Shown: positions 9,627 to 18,253 of the stretch, piece by piece
Numbering within the stretch: position 1 is the first letter of the stretch
Layout of the letters: each line of letters starts with the position of its first letter
Origin: a virus
Lineage: Duplodnaviria > Caudoviricetes
DNA: 57,957 nucleotides
Virus record (IMG/VR): IMGVR_UViG_3300041583_000163
Location: 1 to 57,957 of that record
Strand: one strand, 5' to 3'
Notes under the pieces: model-generated
Told to the model about the DNA's origin: nothing
The model's input: the letters and a program-made list of their open reading frames with translations, nothing else
Database searches by the model: none
Translations under genes and position numbers: made by a program

Positions 9627-11189
9627 TTATGAAATAATTTCGTTGCGGAACAAGTCGACCATAAGTGTGTGGTCGCTCACTTTCGCGGCAACCGCTTTGA
9701 ACATCTTCTGCTCCACGGGGCTACTCTCGATGTGGATGACGCGGACACTGGTTGACGTCTGCCCCTTGCGGTCTGCACGGGCTATGCACTGCACGTAAAG
9801 CTCCACGCTCATCACTGGCCCATAGAACACCACCGTGTCCGCAGCTGTCAGCGTGATGCCATGCGCCGTAGCCTGGGGCTGGAGTACCAGCACCCGCACT
9901 CGGTCGGAACTCTGAAAGTCGTCGATGATCTTGGCGCGCTTGCTGGCGCTTACATCTCCGTGGATCTGCTCGGCTACAATGCCGTGCTTGGTCAGGTCTG
10001 CGTAGATGGTCTCCATGCTGGCCCGGAACAACGCGAAGATCAGCACCTTGCGATCGGTCTCCTCTAGGATCTCGCGCAGCACACTCAGCCTGGGCTTGGC
10101 ATCGAACTCGATCACCTCTTGCATGTCCGTGATGGCAGCTCCGGCAGAAATTTGTAACAATTTACTTACAGCTACGCCCGCATTGACCGCAGAGATCGTC
10201 TCACCCGCCGTGTGCACCAGCATCTGGGTCTTGAGCTGGTTGTAGTATTTGGACTGCTGGGCAGACATCGCCACGTGGCGAGTCTCGGTGATGACAGGGG
10301 GCAGGTCTAGGCAATCTTTCTTGGCAAATCGGATCGCGGGCTGCAGCGCCTCGAACACCAGATCGCGCGCATTGGGCTTGGGCACCCACTTGAAATTGGT
10401 GATCTTGTTCATGACCTTCTCCTTCCAAGCCGTCACGAAGCGCGGCACCCGGTCAGGAGACACCAGCTTTGCCAAACCGAACGCGCCCACCGGGGACTGC
10501 GACGCCGGGGTGCCGGTCATCATCCACAGCAAGGTCTCGGGCTTAAGAATAGAGTTGAGCGCCTTCCAGCGTCTTGTAGTACTATTGGAGTAAGAATTCG
10601 CTTCATCCACGATCACCAGATCAAAGCGCCCATCACTGCGGACCTCTTGCGCGATCAGGTTCAAGCCGTCGTAGTTGACGATCACAAACTCGTAGTCCCC
10701 TTGGACCATCTCGATCCTGCGGGATGCCTGGGCGTGGTGCGCCACGATGGCGCTGCGGTGCATGATGCTGTTCATGATGTCTGCCATCCACGCGGTGTAC
10801 ATGATCGACATGGGGCACAGGACCAGCACCCGGCGCACGCGCTTTTGTTTCATCAGGTAGTCCGCCGCCCACAGCACGCTGATTGTCTTCATGGTGCCCG
10901 CATCGTTGAAGACGAAGCACCGGTTGTGCAGTGTGGCAAACGCTGCCGTATCTATCTGATGCTGCGCGGGCTTGTAGCGCCCGGGCCAGTCATAGCGGTG
11001 GACTATTGGGGATGGCACCTTGGTAAACCCCAGGTTGCGCAGCACCCGCACCTCATCGAGCCCTAGGTACACCAGCACCTCTGCACCCCCACCCTCGAAG
11101 GTCTGAACGACCTTGTGCTTTGGAATTATCGCGAGCTTCTCCGGGAACCGCGTGCGAAGCAGAACGGCCCGATCGTTGATTATTTGCAT
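9627..11189 (-). CDS. SNF2-like superfamily 2 helicase
   Basis: Motif I GTMKT, motif II DEAN, motif III TGTP, HGITLTAA, motif VI QCIARADRKGQ. Confidence 0.9.
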   Translation of the reverse strand: MQIINDRAVLLRTRFPEKLAIIPKHKVVQTFEGGGAEVLVYLGLDEVRVLRNLGFTKVPSPIVHRYDWPGRYKPAQHQIDTAAFATLHNRCFVFNDAGTMKTISVLWAADYLMKQKRVRRVLVLCPMSIMYTAWMADIMNSIMHRSAIVAHHAQASRRIEMVQGDYEFVIVNYDGLNLIAQEVRSDGRFDLVIVDEANSYSNSTTRRWKALNSILKPETLLWMMTGTPASQSPVGAFGLAKLVSPDRVPRFVTAWKEKVMNKITNFKWVPKPNARDLVFEALQPAIRFAKKDCLDLPPVITETRHVAMSAQQSKYYNQLKTQMLVHTAGETISAVNAGVAVSKLLQISAGAAITDMQEVIEFDAKPRLSVLREILEETDRKVLIFALFRASMETIYADLTKHGIVAEQIHGDVSASKRAKIIDDFQSSDRVRVLVLQPQATAHGITLTAADTVVFYGPVMSVELYVQCIARADRKGQTSTSVRVIHIESSPVEQKMFKAVAAKVSDHTLMVDLFRNEIIS

Positions 11190-11190
11190 G

Positions 11191-11430
11191 TCAGTGCCCG
11201 TTGTCGCTCATGTTTGCCTTGGGAGCGCGCAGGCGCAGGTTGCCCTTGGTGCTCTTGCCGCCGGCCTTGAGCTTGACCTTGTGGTCGATGTGCTTGCCGG
11301 TACGGTCCACGCCGGCCTTGTCATACTTGCGTCTGGCTTTCTGGCGCTCGATCTGGTCTGCGGTCTCACCGCTCGCCTTCTGCAACTCGTAGGCTTTCTT
11401 GAAGTCGCGCTTACCGTTCTTCTGTACCAT
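11191..11430 (-). CDS. Small HNH endonuclease-like protein
   Basis: HIDH...GG....NLR......N pattern, 79 aa. Confidence 0.7.
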   Translation of the reverse strand: MVQKNGKRDFKKAYELQKASGETADQIERQKARRKYDKAGVDRTGKHIDHKVKLKAGGKSTKGNLRLRAPKANMSDNGH

Positions 11431-11441
11431 GGGGTGTCCTT

Positions 11442-12110
11442 TCAGTGTCTGGGGTGTTGTTCACAGGCTTTGTGGGGGCACCAGCCACACAGTGGGCCGG
11501 GCTTTGGTGGGAACTGCTCGGAGGCGATCGCAGCCTCAATACGACCCAAGCGCTCGCGAACCTTCCACCATGCGCTTTCTACGTCATCGCGGACCATGCG
11601 CTTCTTACGCAAGTCGTTGTAGAGAAGGAACAGCAGGCCGGAGTTGACTTGGCGAATGTGACTGTAATGCGCGAACACAAAGAGCGACATGAACGTCATC
11701 TGATCAAGGTCGGGGTATTTGTTCTTACCCGTCTTCCAGTCCCAGACCCACGCCTTTAGGTCCTCATCGTCCAGCGTGACCACGTCAGCCTTGCCGCGCA
11801 GCCACACATCTTTGGCGAAGAACCCGCAGGGTTGCAGGGAGCGTGTCACACCGAACTCCATCTCGGCGACGTGTCGCCCCGTTTTGCTGAGTACCGCCTG
11901 CACCACGGGCGTGAACCGCGCGTGCTTCTCAGGGATGGGTGTGCGGTCGTTGATGTGGTCCTCCAGCGCCTTGTGCACCTCGTTGCCGTACCGTGCGGGC
12001 TCTGACTCCTCGTACGGATAGAGCTTCAGGATCTTGGTGGCCTGGAACTTGCGAGGGCAGTTCTCGAACTCTTTGAGACCGGAGTAGCTGTGTACGTAGG
12101 GTTTGCTCAC
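11442..12110 (-). CDS. PD-(D/E)XK exonuclease, Cas4/RecB-like
   Basis: SYS..K.FE.CP, GKAD, DWKTG, C-terminal CGWCP...C; GTG start at 12110 overlaps the upstream stop. Confidence 0.85.
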   Translation of the reverse strand: MSKPYVHSYSGLKEFENCPRKFQATKILKLYPYEESEPARYGNEVHKALEDHINDRTPIPEKHARFTPVVQAVLSKTGRHVAEMEFGVTRSLQPCGFFAKDVWLRGKADVVTLDDEDLKAWVWDWKTGKNKYPDLDQMTFMSLFVFAHYSHIRQVNSGLLFLLYNDLRKKRMVRDDVESAWWKVRERLGRIEAAIASEQFPPKPGPLCGWCPHKACEQHPRH

Positions 12111-12409
12111 TTGAACTCCGCTGTCTGGATAGCCTGGGTCAGGCGCTTGCTGAAGCCTTTGACGAACGCCTCGTGCGCCCACCGAGGGTCGCCCATATCG
12201 TGCAGGATTGCATGTGTCAGCTCATGCCAGAAGGTCTCGGCGATGGCTGCATCTGTGCGTGGGGTGCCGGTATGCGTCACCGAGACTTTCATAAGTGCGG
12301 CCCCGGGCCTAACGGACCCCTTGTCGGTACCTCGACTGTCGTACGTCTCAACGCGATACTCGGTCTTGCCGAGCTTGAATTTATTAGGTAGCTCCATTGC
12401 GCTCGTCAT
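12107..12409 (-). CDS. Small HExxH metallopeptidase-like protein
   Basis: TFWHELTHAIL...E motif. Confidence 0.7.
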   Translation of the reverse strand: MTSAMELPNKFKLGKTEYRVETYDSRGTDKGSVRPGAALMKVSVTHTGTPRTDAAIAETFWHELTHAILHDMGDPRWAHEAFVKGFSKRLTQAIQTAEFK

Positions 12410-14496
12410 CCTTTTGCTAGGCCGTATCTACGGTGAAAGCCACCGTCAGCCGCCAGGGGCACCCCCGGCATGTACTTTGGTTCCTCGGTCATGCGCCGAA
12501 TCATCCAGGCCAGTGCTTGCGCACCCTGCGCCTCGGGCACCACCCCAACACCCTCGTCATGCACTGAAAACACAAGCGGGATGCGCTCCGCCACCCGAAG
12601 CAGGCCATCCGTCATCACGATCCTGGCCAGCCCTTGAGTAGCATTGTTGGTTATCTTGCCGGCGTACAGCTTTGTGCGCTCATCGCCGTAGACCCACTGC
12701 ATGCGCTTGCGGCCTTGTGAATCAGGCACGTCGTCAGCCACTTGACGCAGGTTAGGATACTTGATGCTCATGCCGCTGGGCAGCACGATCTCTTCTTTTC
12801 GGAACAGCAGAGCCCCTTTGTGGTTGTATTCCTGACCGTCGGCCAGCGCGCTTTGGATCAGGCTGGTGCACATGTCCCAGAACCCCTTGACCGGTGCGGC
12901 CGTGGCGCGGTAGATGTCGATGATCTTCTTGGCCGTCACGCAGTGGATCAGCAGTTCTTGAGTTGTGCAGTTGCGCTGTATCTCTTGCAGGGCCACCACG
13001 TTGTCGTCCCAGTCCAGAAAGCGTTCGATGTAGTTGGCGTCAACCCCCAGCGTCTTGGCGAACTCTTTGCGGTACAGAACCGGGGGCGCCCCCAGAAAAC
13101 CCACAAGCAGTTGAGCGGCGAAGCTGGCCCACCCCAGCCCATAGCCTGCACCGAGCAAAGCCGACTTTGCACTTTGGCGAAGTTCCGGGTGGCTTGTCTT
13201 GGTCATACCTGGGATGTTGAACATCTGCGCGCCGAACATGGCGTATGCGTCCTGACCCGATCGAAATATCTCCAGCAGGTCGTCATAGTCCGCAAGCCAA
13301 GCCAGCACGCGCGGCTCGATCTGAGACAAGTCGACCACCACCACGGTGGAGCCCTCGGGGGCCATGATAGCCTTGCGCAGAAAGCTGCCGCGCTTCAGGT
13401 TCTGCATGTTGATGGCTGCACCGGCCGCTGCCGTCCACCGCCCCGTGAGGGCTCCGTAGTAGTGCAGTGGTACAGGCAGCGTACCCCTGTGCGAGATGTC
13501 CAAGAATCGCTGTGCCCTGGTGCGCTCGGTAGTGGACTTGACCTTGAGACGGGCCTCGCTGAGCAGGACCACGTTGTCATCCATGTGCGCCAGCAGGGAC
13601 TGAAACCCCGCGTCTGTCTTGGCGAATGCGAAGTTCATGCCCACCGGATTCGGTGTCTTGACCGTCGGGCGCTTCTTCTTCAGCGGTGGCTCGACCCCCA
13701 GGCTGCGCAGGATCTCGGCAAACTTGTCGTTGCTGGCCAAGTCGCTATCACTGATGTTCAGGCGCTTCAGCAGACCCTCACGCGTCTCGCGCTCATCAAC
13801 CAAGGCATGCCCCAGCATCTCACCATCGAGCACCAGCAGTGGACGTGTGAACATACGCACCGTCATGTCGATCAGGCGCAGCTCCTTTTCTGGGTACAGC
13901 CAGTTGGCCTTGTCATAGGCCGCGTCCCACTCGACACCGTCTGCGTGGACTGGGTGCATCAACAAGAAGCGCTTGAACACCTCTTCGCAGAGATAAACGT
14001 CGTGGTTGCAATACACCGCCAGCTCGCGCTCGATGCGCTGGGGTAGCTCTTCTAGGCCGTCGGTCAGCATCAACGCCTCGCCCTTGTCGGGCAGTCTGAA
14101 TTCTTGAGCGAGCACCTTGAGTCCGTTGCGACCCTTGGTGCCCCGCAGCGCGCGGGCCATGGACAGCGTGTCGAAGATGAACGCCGGCTCGATGCCGTAG
14201 TGCCAGCTGAGAATGGCCACGTCGAACGCTGCGTTCTGACACACGACAGCCGTGCGGCCCCAGTCGTAGTAGGAGAAGACTCGGCGCAGCTCCTCGGGGT
14301 TGTACCACTGCGCGACAGCAGCGTGAGCGCTGAACTCTTTGAGAGATGCACCGAAGTCCTTGAACATCGGTGAGCGCACGTACTCCTCGGTCGTTTGCTT
14401 GCGCAGCGTGTACCCGTCAGGGCACCAATGCTGAGGTTTTGTGGAGTACCGAGTCTCCATGTCAAAAACAAGTATTTTATTGAAAGGAACACTCAT
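12406..14496 (-). CDS. polA: DNA polymerase, family A (3'-5' exonuclease plus polymerase)
   Basis: ExoI DMET, ExoII NAAFD, motif A DLSQIEPR, motif B RQSAKSALLGAGYG, motif C VHDE; start at 14496 overlaps the HNH stop (ATGA). Confidence 0.95.
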   Translation of the reverse strand: MSVPFNKILVFDMETRYSTKPQHWCPDGYTLRKQTTEEYVRSPMFKDFGASLKEFSAHAAVAQWYNPEELRRVFSYYDWGRTAVVCQNAAFDVAILSWHYGIEPAFIFDTLSMARALRGTKGRNGLKVLAQEFRLPDKGEALMLTDGLEELPQRIERELAVYCNHDVYLCEEVFKRFLLMHPVHADGVEWDAAYDKANWLYPEKELRLIDMTVRMFTRPLLVLDGEMLGHALVDERETREGLLKRLNISDSDLASNDKFAEILRSLGVEPPLKKKRPTVKTPNPVGMNFAFAKTDAGFQSLLAHMDDNVVLLSEARLKVKSTTERTRAQRFLDISHRGTLPVPLHYYGALTGRWTAAAGAAINMQNLKRGSFLRKAIMAPEGSTVVVVDLSQIEPRVLAWLADYDDLLEIFRSGQDAYAMFGAQMFNIPGMTKTSHPELRQSAKSALLGAGYGLGWASFAAQLLVGFLGAPPVLYRKEFAKTLGVDANYIERFLDWDDNVVALQEIQRNCTTQELLIHCVTAKKIIDIYRATAAPVKGFWDMCTSLIQSALADGQEYNHKGALLFRKEEIVLPSGMSIKYPNLRQVADDVPDSQGRKRMQWVYGDERTKLYAGKITNNATQGLARIVMTDGLLRVAERIPLVFSVHDEGVGVVPEAQGAQALAWMIRRMTEEPKYMPGVPLAADGGFHRRYGLAKG

Positions 14497-14963
14497 ATTT
14501 TTGCTTTCTGCATGTGTGCGCGCACAACGGCTTCTCTTTCCGGAGAGATACTGGCCCAAACACAGCCTCGGTCTTTTGCTCGTACACGAGCCAAAGAATT
14601 TCGGGCACTCACCGTATTGACACCCAGCGCCTCTGCAAGCACCCAAATCTTTGTTTTGGCATAGGGTCTGTTGCGTGATTGAACTTCGCGCGTAGCCCAG
14701 CGGCAGTTGCTCGGCGAATACCCTCGGCCTGTTTTTATTCGATCCAGCGTGTGTAGAACCGAAGGCCTGCGCCCAACATCTTCAAGAAAAGCAGGAAAAG
14801 AAGTTTGCCATTTCTTACACACCGTTATGCCGCGCGCGCCGTAGTAAGGGTAGTCGGCGGAACGCGTGTTGTAGCAACGATTCTTCATGGACTGCCACGC
14901 GCGGTACTCGGGTGACGACACCCGGCGGCCCTCAACCTGTTGAACTTCTCCGTGCTTTTTCAT
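14493..14963 (-). CDS. Free-standing HNH homing endonuclease-like protein
   Basis: EYRAWQSMKNRC, YGARGITVC..W, TLDRI....GYSPSNCRWAT...Q.RN; lower GC than its neighbours. Confidence 0.85.
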   Translation of the reverse strand: MKKHGEVQQVEGRRVSSPEYRAWQSMKNRCYNTRSADYPYYGARGITVCKKWQTSFPAFLEDVGRRPSVLHTLDRIKTGRGYSPSNCRWATREVQSRNRPYAKTKIWVLAEALGVNTVSARNSLARVRAKDRGCVWASISPEREAVVRAHMQKAKI

Positions 14964-15253
14964 CAGTGCTCCACACCGGTGCTGTTGGTCTCTGTGCTGA
15001 TAACATTGTCCAGCACTGCGGTGAGCAGAAAACGAACATCCTCGGACGGCACGTTAAAAGAGTGCACCGACAACTCCCTTACGTCTTCGTGCATGTGCAC
15101 CGACAGCATGGCGCCCTGGGGTTCTTCTCCGAAGCAGGACATCAGCATATTAAGGCCAACACGAAAAGCTGCAACCTCGGCCTGGGGAGCGGCCCCCATG
15201 TAGGCAAAGAATGCGAGTTCTTCGGGGGTCATGTTTTTAAGTAGGTTTTGCAT
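14963..15253 (-). CDS. Hypothetical protein
   Basis: ORF with GAGG SD before ATG 15253. Confidence 0.6.
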   Translation of the reverse strand: MQNLLKNMTPEELAFFAYMGAAPQAEVAAFRVGLNMLMSCFGEEPQGAMLSVHMHEDVRELSVHSFNVPSEDVRFLLTAVLDNVISTETNSTGVEH

Positions 15254-15539
15254 GGAGTGCGTCCTCAAGTTCCTGATAGTTGGTCTCATTGATCACGAGC
15301 GCAATGCCGCCAGCGTCAAGGATCTCGTCGATCTCTCTTTGCTGCAGTGCAGTCACGCCGTGCTTGGTGTGCACGGACTTGGTCTCTATGCCGATGTAGC
15401 GGCCCAGGTGGCAGCAGTAGAAATCGAGCTGCCCAGAGCGGCCATAGCCCCCCGTCGTGGGCTGGCGCCAGTACACCTCGTACTGTGTGAGTAGAGCGCG
15501 CACCCGCTTTTTAACTTGCGCCTCATGTGTCGCGGCCAT
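15237..15539 (-). CDS. VRR-NUC domain nuclease
   Basis: E..VK..V, G..D, IETK, TALQ..E...I...GG.A.V pattern. Confidence 0.85.
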   Translation of the reverse strand: MAATHEAQVKKRVRALLTQYEVYWRQPTTGGYGRSGQLDFYCCHLGRYIGIETKSVHTKHGVTALQQREIDEILDAGGIALVINETNYQELEDALHAKPT

Positions 15540-15855
15540 ACTTCTTCTCCATGGCGATCAGCAGGTCCACCTCGTGCTTGATCTTCTCCAGATCTTTGAT
15601 GCCGTCCTTTTCGCGCCAGCGGGTGATGCGCTTGATGATGCAGCCCTCTAGGTAACCCAGGTTGTTGGCGTGACTGAATTCCACCGGCTGGATCGTCTTG
15701 TTCTTGTAGTGGTCCCCCCCTACTTGAGTGGCCATCGGGTCTTGGGCACTGGGTTGCTGGAGGTAATCGTTAATACTGTTCAGCAGCGGATTGCGCTCCG
15801 TCTGCGTTTCACGCGCTTGAGTAGGCGCCCCGGGTGAGTATTTAGGTAAGTTCAT
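15523..15855 (-). CDS. DUF3310/SaV-like protein (T7 gp1.7-related)
   Basis: QVGGDHYK...IQPVEF...GCIIKRITRWREKDGIKDLEK. Confidence 0.85.
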   Translation of the reverse strand: MNLPKYSPGAPTQARETQTERNPLLNSINDYLQQPSAQDPMATQVGGDHYKNKTIQPVEFSHANNLGYLEGCIIKRITRWREKDGIKDLEKIKHEVDLLIAMEKKYGRDT

Positions 15856-15874
15856 TTGAATAGTCCTTTCAGTG

Positions 15875-16120
15875 TTAAATCTCAACTGCGCGTTGTTTGC
15901 AAACTTTGCAGACTCTCTTTTTAACCCCATCGGGTTGCCAAGTGTGGTCTTTTTGAAACCCTATAGAGTCGCCATGGACACAGCACGGTGCGTCAAACAG
16001 CACTGCCAAGCCCACCATGTACTCACCTTTGTACCGGTACATCGGGTCCTCAACACCACCCCCGTACTGAATACCCCGCTCGTGGGGCTTTAAGGCCCAT
16101 TCGGTTTTGCCATCGGTCAT
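15875..16120 (-). CDS. Small Cys-containing hypothetical protein
   Basis: 81-aa ORF with AAAGGA SD; CKVC motif. Confidence 0.55.
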   Translation of the reverse strand: MTDGKTEWALKPHERGIQYGGGVEDPMYRYKGEYMVGLAVLFDAPCCVHGDSIGFQKDHTWQPDGVKKRVCKVCKQRAVEI

Positions 16121-16440
16121 TTGAATAGTCCTTTGATGTTTTCCTGTTGGCGAAGGTTTTGTTTTCGTACTCGGTATGCGTGACTGCGCTCCTTGGTCGT
16201 TATGGCCCTCTTGGGTTTGTCTCGTCTGGCCCCCATGGCGTACACCGCAGTGGTGTCTCGCCCCATGCCGTCGGGTAGCCACCCTTGGATGTGCATCAGC
16301 TGGCGCTTGTGTAGAGATCGAAGCAGACGCGCCGCCGTGACCGAACTCCAGCCCGTGGCAGCCACAATATCGCTGCTCGAAAAGGGGGCGCCGCGTAACA
16401 TACGCTCAAGCGCTGCTGCGTGGGCGATGCTTGATCTCAC
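16117..16440 (-). CDS. Winged-HTH-like protein
   Basis: SSDIVAATGWSSVTAARLLRSLH; GTG start coupled to the upstream stop. Confidence 0.6.
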   Translation of the reverse strand: MRSSIAHAAALERMLRGAPFSSSDIVAATGWSSVTAARLLRSLHKRQLMHIQGWLPDGMGRDTTAVYAMGARRDKPKRAITTKERSHAYRVRKQNLRQQENIKGLFK

Positions 16441-16844
16441 CTCAAAACTACCAAGGATTTGTACTGCTTATGGTCATCGGCACCAGGGCGCACCGACTCC
16501 CACGAATCCGGCGTGTAGGGGCGGTAAACAGACGGCCTTTTGACGATAGCTGTGCCTTCGGGAACCGGGGCTATTGTCTTGACTGACACCGTGACGGCCT
16601 TGTCTGGAAGCACACTACAAAAGCCATTGGCTTTGCAAAGCTCAGTCAGATCATACCGCCATTCAATACCCGGCCGGCCAGTCATCTTGCACAATCCTTT
16701 TGTGCGCAACGCTTTGATAAGCAGATCAATTGAATTCTGGCTCTTGCCGTATTTCGCAAGACCGGCAGCTATTTCTGCGCCACTGCTGCGGGGGTTATTG
16801 CGAAGAAAATCCACCACCTGTTGTTGGTAACTTTGCATGCCCAT
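16437..16844 (-). CDS. Winged-HTH-like protein
   Basis: VVDFLRNNP.SSGAEIA...L...GL pattern; GAAGGA SD before ATG 16844. Confidence 0.55.
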   Translation of the reverse strand: MGMQSYQQQVVDFLRNNPRSSGAEIAAGLAKYGKSQNSIDLLIKALRTKGLCKMTGRPGIEWRYDLTELCKANGFCSVLPDKAVTVSVKTIAPVPEGTAIVKRPSVYRPYTPDSWESVRPGADDHKQYKSLVVLR

Positions 16845-16846
16845 GA

Positions 16847-17041
16847 TTATTCCTTCAAAAATGTTGGCAGCGGTGCCCAATGTGTCCAGTGGTCCGCAGC
16901 ACGGTAAATGCTGTACGTCGCAACGCCAGATGGCCGGTGAATCAGTTGCGGCTTGACGCCGCGTGGGGTGTCTGCGTCGATGTCAAGCCAGTGGTAAGCG
17001 CGGTCCACGGCTGCGGTGCCACTGCTGTTGATGGCGTTCAT
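16847..17041 (-). CDS. Small hypothetical protein (THWxPLP type, DUF551-like end)
   Basis: W..I....P.G...WTHWAPLP. Confidence 0.6.
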   Translation of the reverse strand: MNAINSSGTAAVDRAYHWLDIDADTPRGVKPQLIHRPSGVATYSIYRAADHWTHWAPLPTFLKE

Positions 17042-17193
17042 TTCTGCCCCGACAAAATCTCACGCTCAAGAACTTCCGACGCCTCAAAGATCCGCTTGTG
17101 CAGGTAGTCTGGCATCGGTTTCCCGCAACTGAAACCCCACGATTCGAGCGCGCTGAGTAGGCGCATGAGTTGCAGCAATTCGGGTGTGGTCAT
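17038..17193 (-). CDS. Hypothetical 51-aa protein (not in ORF track)
   Basis: MTTPELLQLMRLLSALESWG...; ATGA overlaps at both ends. Confidence 0.55.
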   Translation of the reverse strand: MTTPELLQLMRLLSALESWGFSCGKPMPDYLHKRIFEASEVLEREILSGQK

Positions 17194-17507
17194 GGCTTTT
17201 CCGCCTTGCTGGCGAGTATTGCGGCGTCGATAGCATCTTTGACGGTGTAAAGTCTAGATTTTCCTGGGGGCGGTACTTCTCGATCAGTGCCTGCGATTTC
17301 AGCCACACCCCCTCTTGCCGTAAAGCATGTTTCCACATAGGCGTATTCTGTTAGCCATTCAAGCCTCTCTGCATCTTGTAGCTTGTCGGCTAGCTTTGTC
17401 AGCACTGCTGCTTCGATTGCTTCAGCATATTCATGCATGTCGATTTCGTCTTCTCCGATTGATAGGCTTTGCCAGATTTCGTCAATCTCTTCTATTGTCA
17501 GTCTCAT
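17190..17507 (-). CDS. Hypothetical protein (DAERxxWL, Ead/Ea22-like tail)
   Basis: LTIEEI..IW, DAERLEWL, DAIDAAI motifs. Confidence 0.65.
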   Translation of the reverse strand: MRLTIEEIDEIWQSLSIGEDEIDMHEYAEAIEAAVLTKLADKLQDAERLEWLTEYAYVETCFTARGGVAEIAGTDREVPPPGKSRLYTVKDAIDAAILASKAEKP

Positions 17508-17875
17508 GGTTTCTCCTTTATGTTGTGTGCGGCTTCTATTGCTCGGGCAATGTTGATTGCATCGTCTGCGAATGTGCCTATGGCTGCTGCCATCTCGCGC
17601 AGGGTTAGCGGCTGCTGTGCTGGTGCTGGTAAAAGGGCAAAAACTGCTTCCGCAATTTCGTCAGCCATTTCAATCTCGCTGGCTGGAATAAAGTCGTCTT
17701 CTGTCATCGTGCCAACCTGCCACGCATTCCAAACACGAGTGCAGACGTAAACGCTTGTCAGGTGATCGCGCACCAAATCGGCAATCTGTTCGACCGTTAC
17801 AAGCGGCTGCCCGCTGGCAAGCTGCGCCTCTAAGTCCAGAACAGTTTTTGTGCGGGTACTGTTGATTGCGGTCAT
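17504..17875 (-). CDS. Hypothetical protein
   Basis: Y.CTRVW.AW.VGTMTEDDF; ARAIEAAHNI end; ATGA coupling. Confidence 0.65.
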   Translation of the reverse strand: MTAINSTRTKTVLDLEAQLASGQPLVTVEQIADLVRDHLTSVYVCTRVWNAWQVGTMTEDDFIPASEIEMADEIAEAVFALLPAPAQQPLTLREMAAAIGTFADDAINIARAIEAAHNIKEKP

Positions 17876-18072
17876 GGCTTTTCCTTTTCTAACTGCGCCT
17901 CAAGAAAGGAAATGCGCTTTTGCAGCGGCTCAATTGCTTGGCGCATCTCGTACTCGGTGTGCAGCGGGGCTCCATCGGGCATCGCGGTGCCCAGGCCGTG
18001 CCTAGGCAGGCCATCACTCTCGAGGTATGCGAATTCTGTCTTGCCGTTGGTCTGTGTGAGTTCGTGAGACAT
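17872..18072 (-). pseudogene. Truncated or chimeric DUF932-like gene
   Basis: N-terminus MSHEL...FAY.....PRHGLG resembles the PWHGLG start of ~300-aa DUF932 proteins, but the ORF is only 66 aa. Confidence 0.5.
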
Positions 18073-18154
18073 TGTGTATCCTGATTAAGTTGAGCTTGTA
18101 GTTTAACAAAAAGATCACGGCTGAAGGCCCGTGACCTGCTGATCCGATGAACGG

Positions 18155-18253
18155 TTAGTTGTTGAAATGCAGGTATAGAAGGGCGACGCCTGCGCATACG
18201 TTTAAGCCTGCCGCGAAGCCGAGCATGGCCCACAGAAAACAGTGCACACTCAT
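18155..18253 (-). CDS. 32-aa hydrophobic membrane peptide
   Basis: MSVHCFLWAMLGFAAGLNVCAGVALLYLHFNN; ATGA-coupled to the upstream gene. Confidence 0.45.
   Translation of the reverse strand: MSVHCFLWAMLGFAAGLNVCAGVALLYLHFNN

Noticed and set aside
4565-14046. Long antisense ORFs (e.g. 5099-6382, 12742-14046, also 1422-2366)
   Set aside because: They are high-GC shadow ORFs opposite well-supported genes.
12406-14496. Modified-base (Z or deazaguanine) genome or stop-codon recoding
   Set aside because: I recognised no purZ, datZ or que/dpd genes, and core genes are intact in the standard code.
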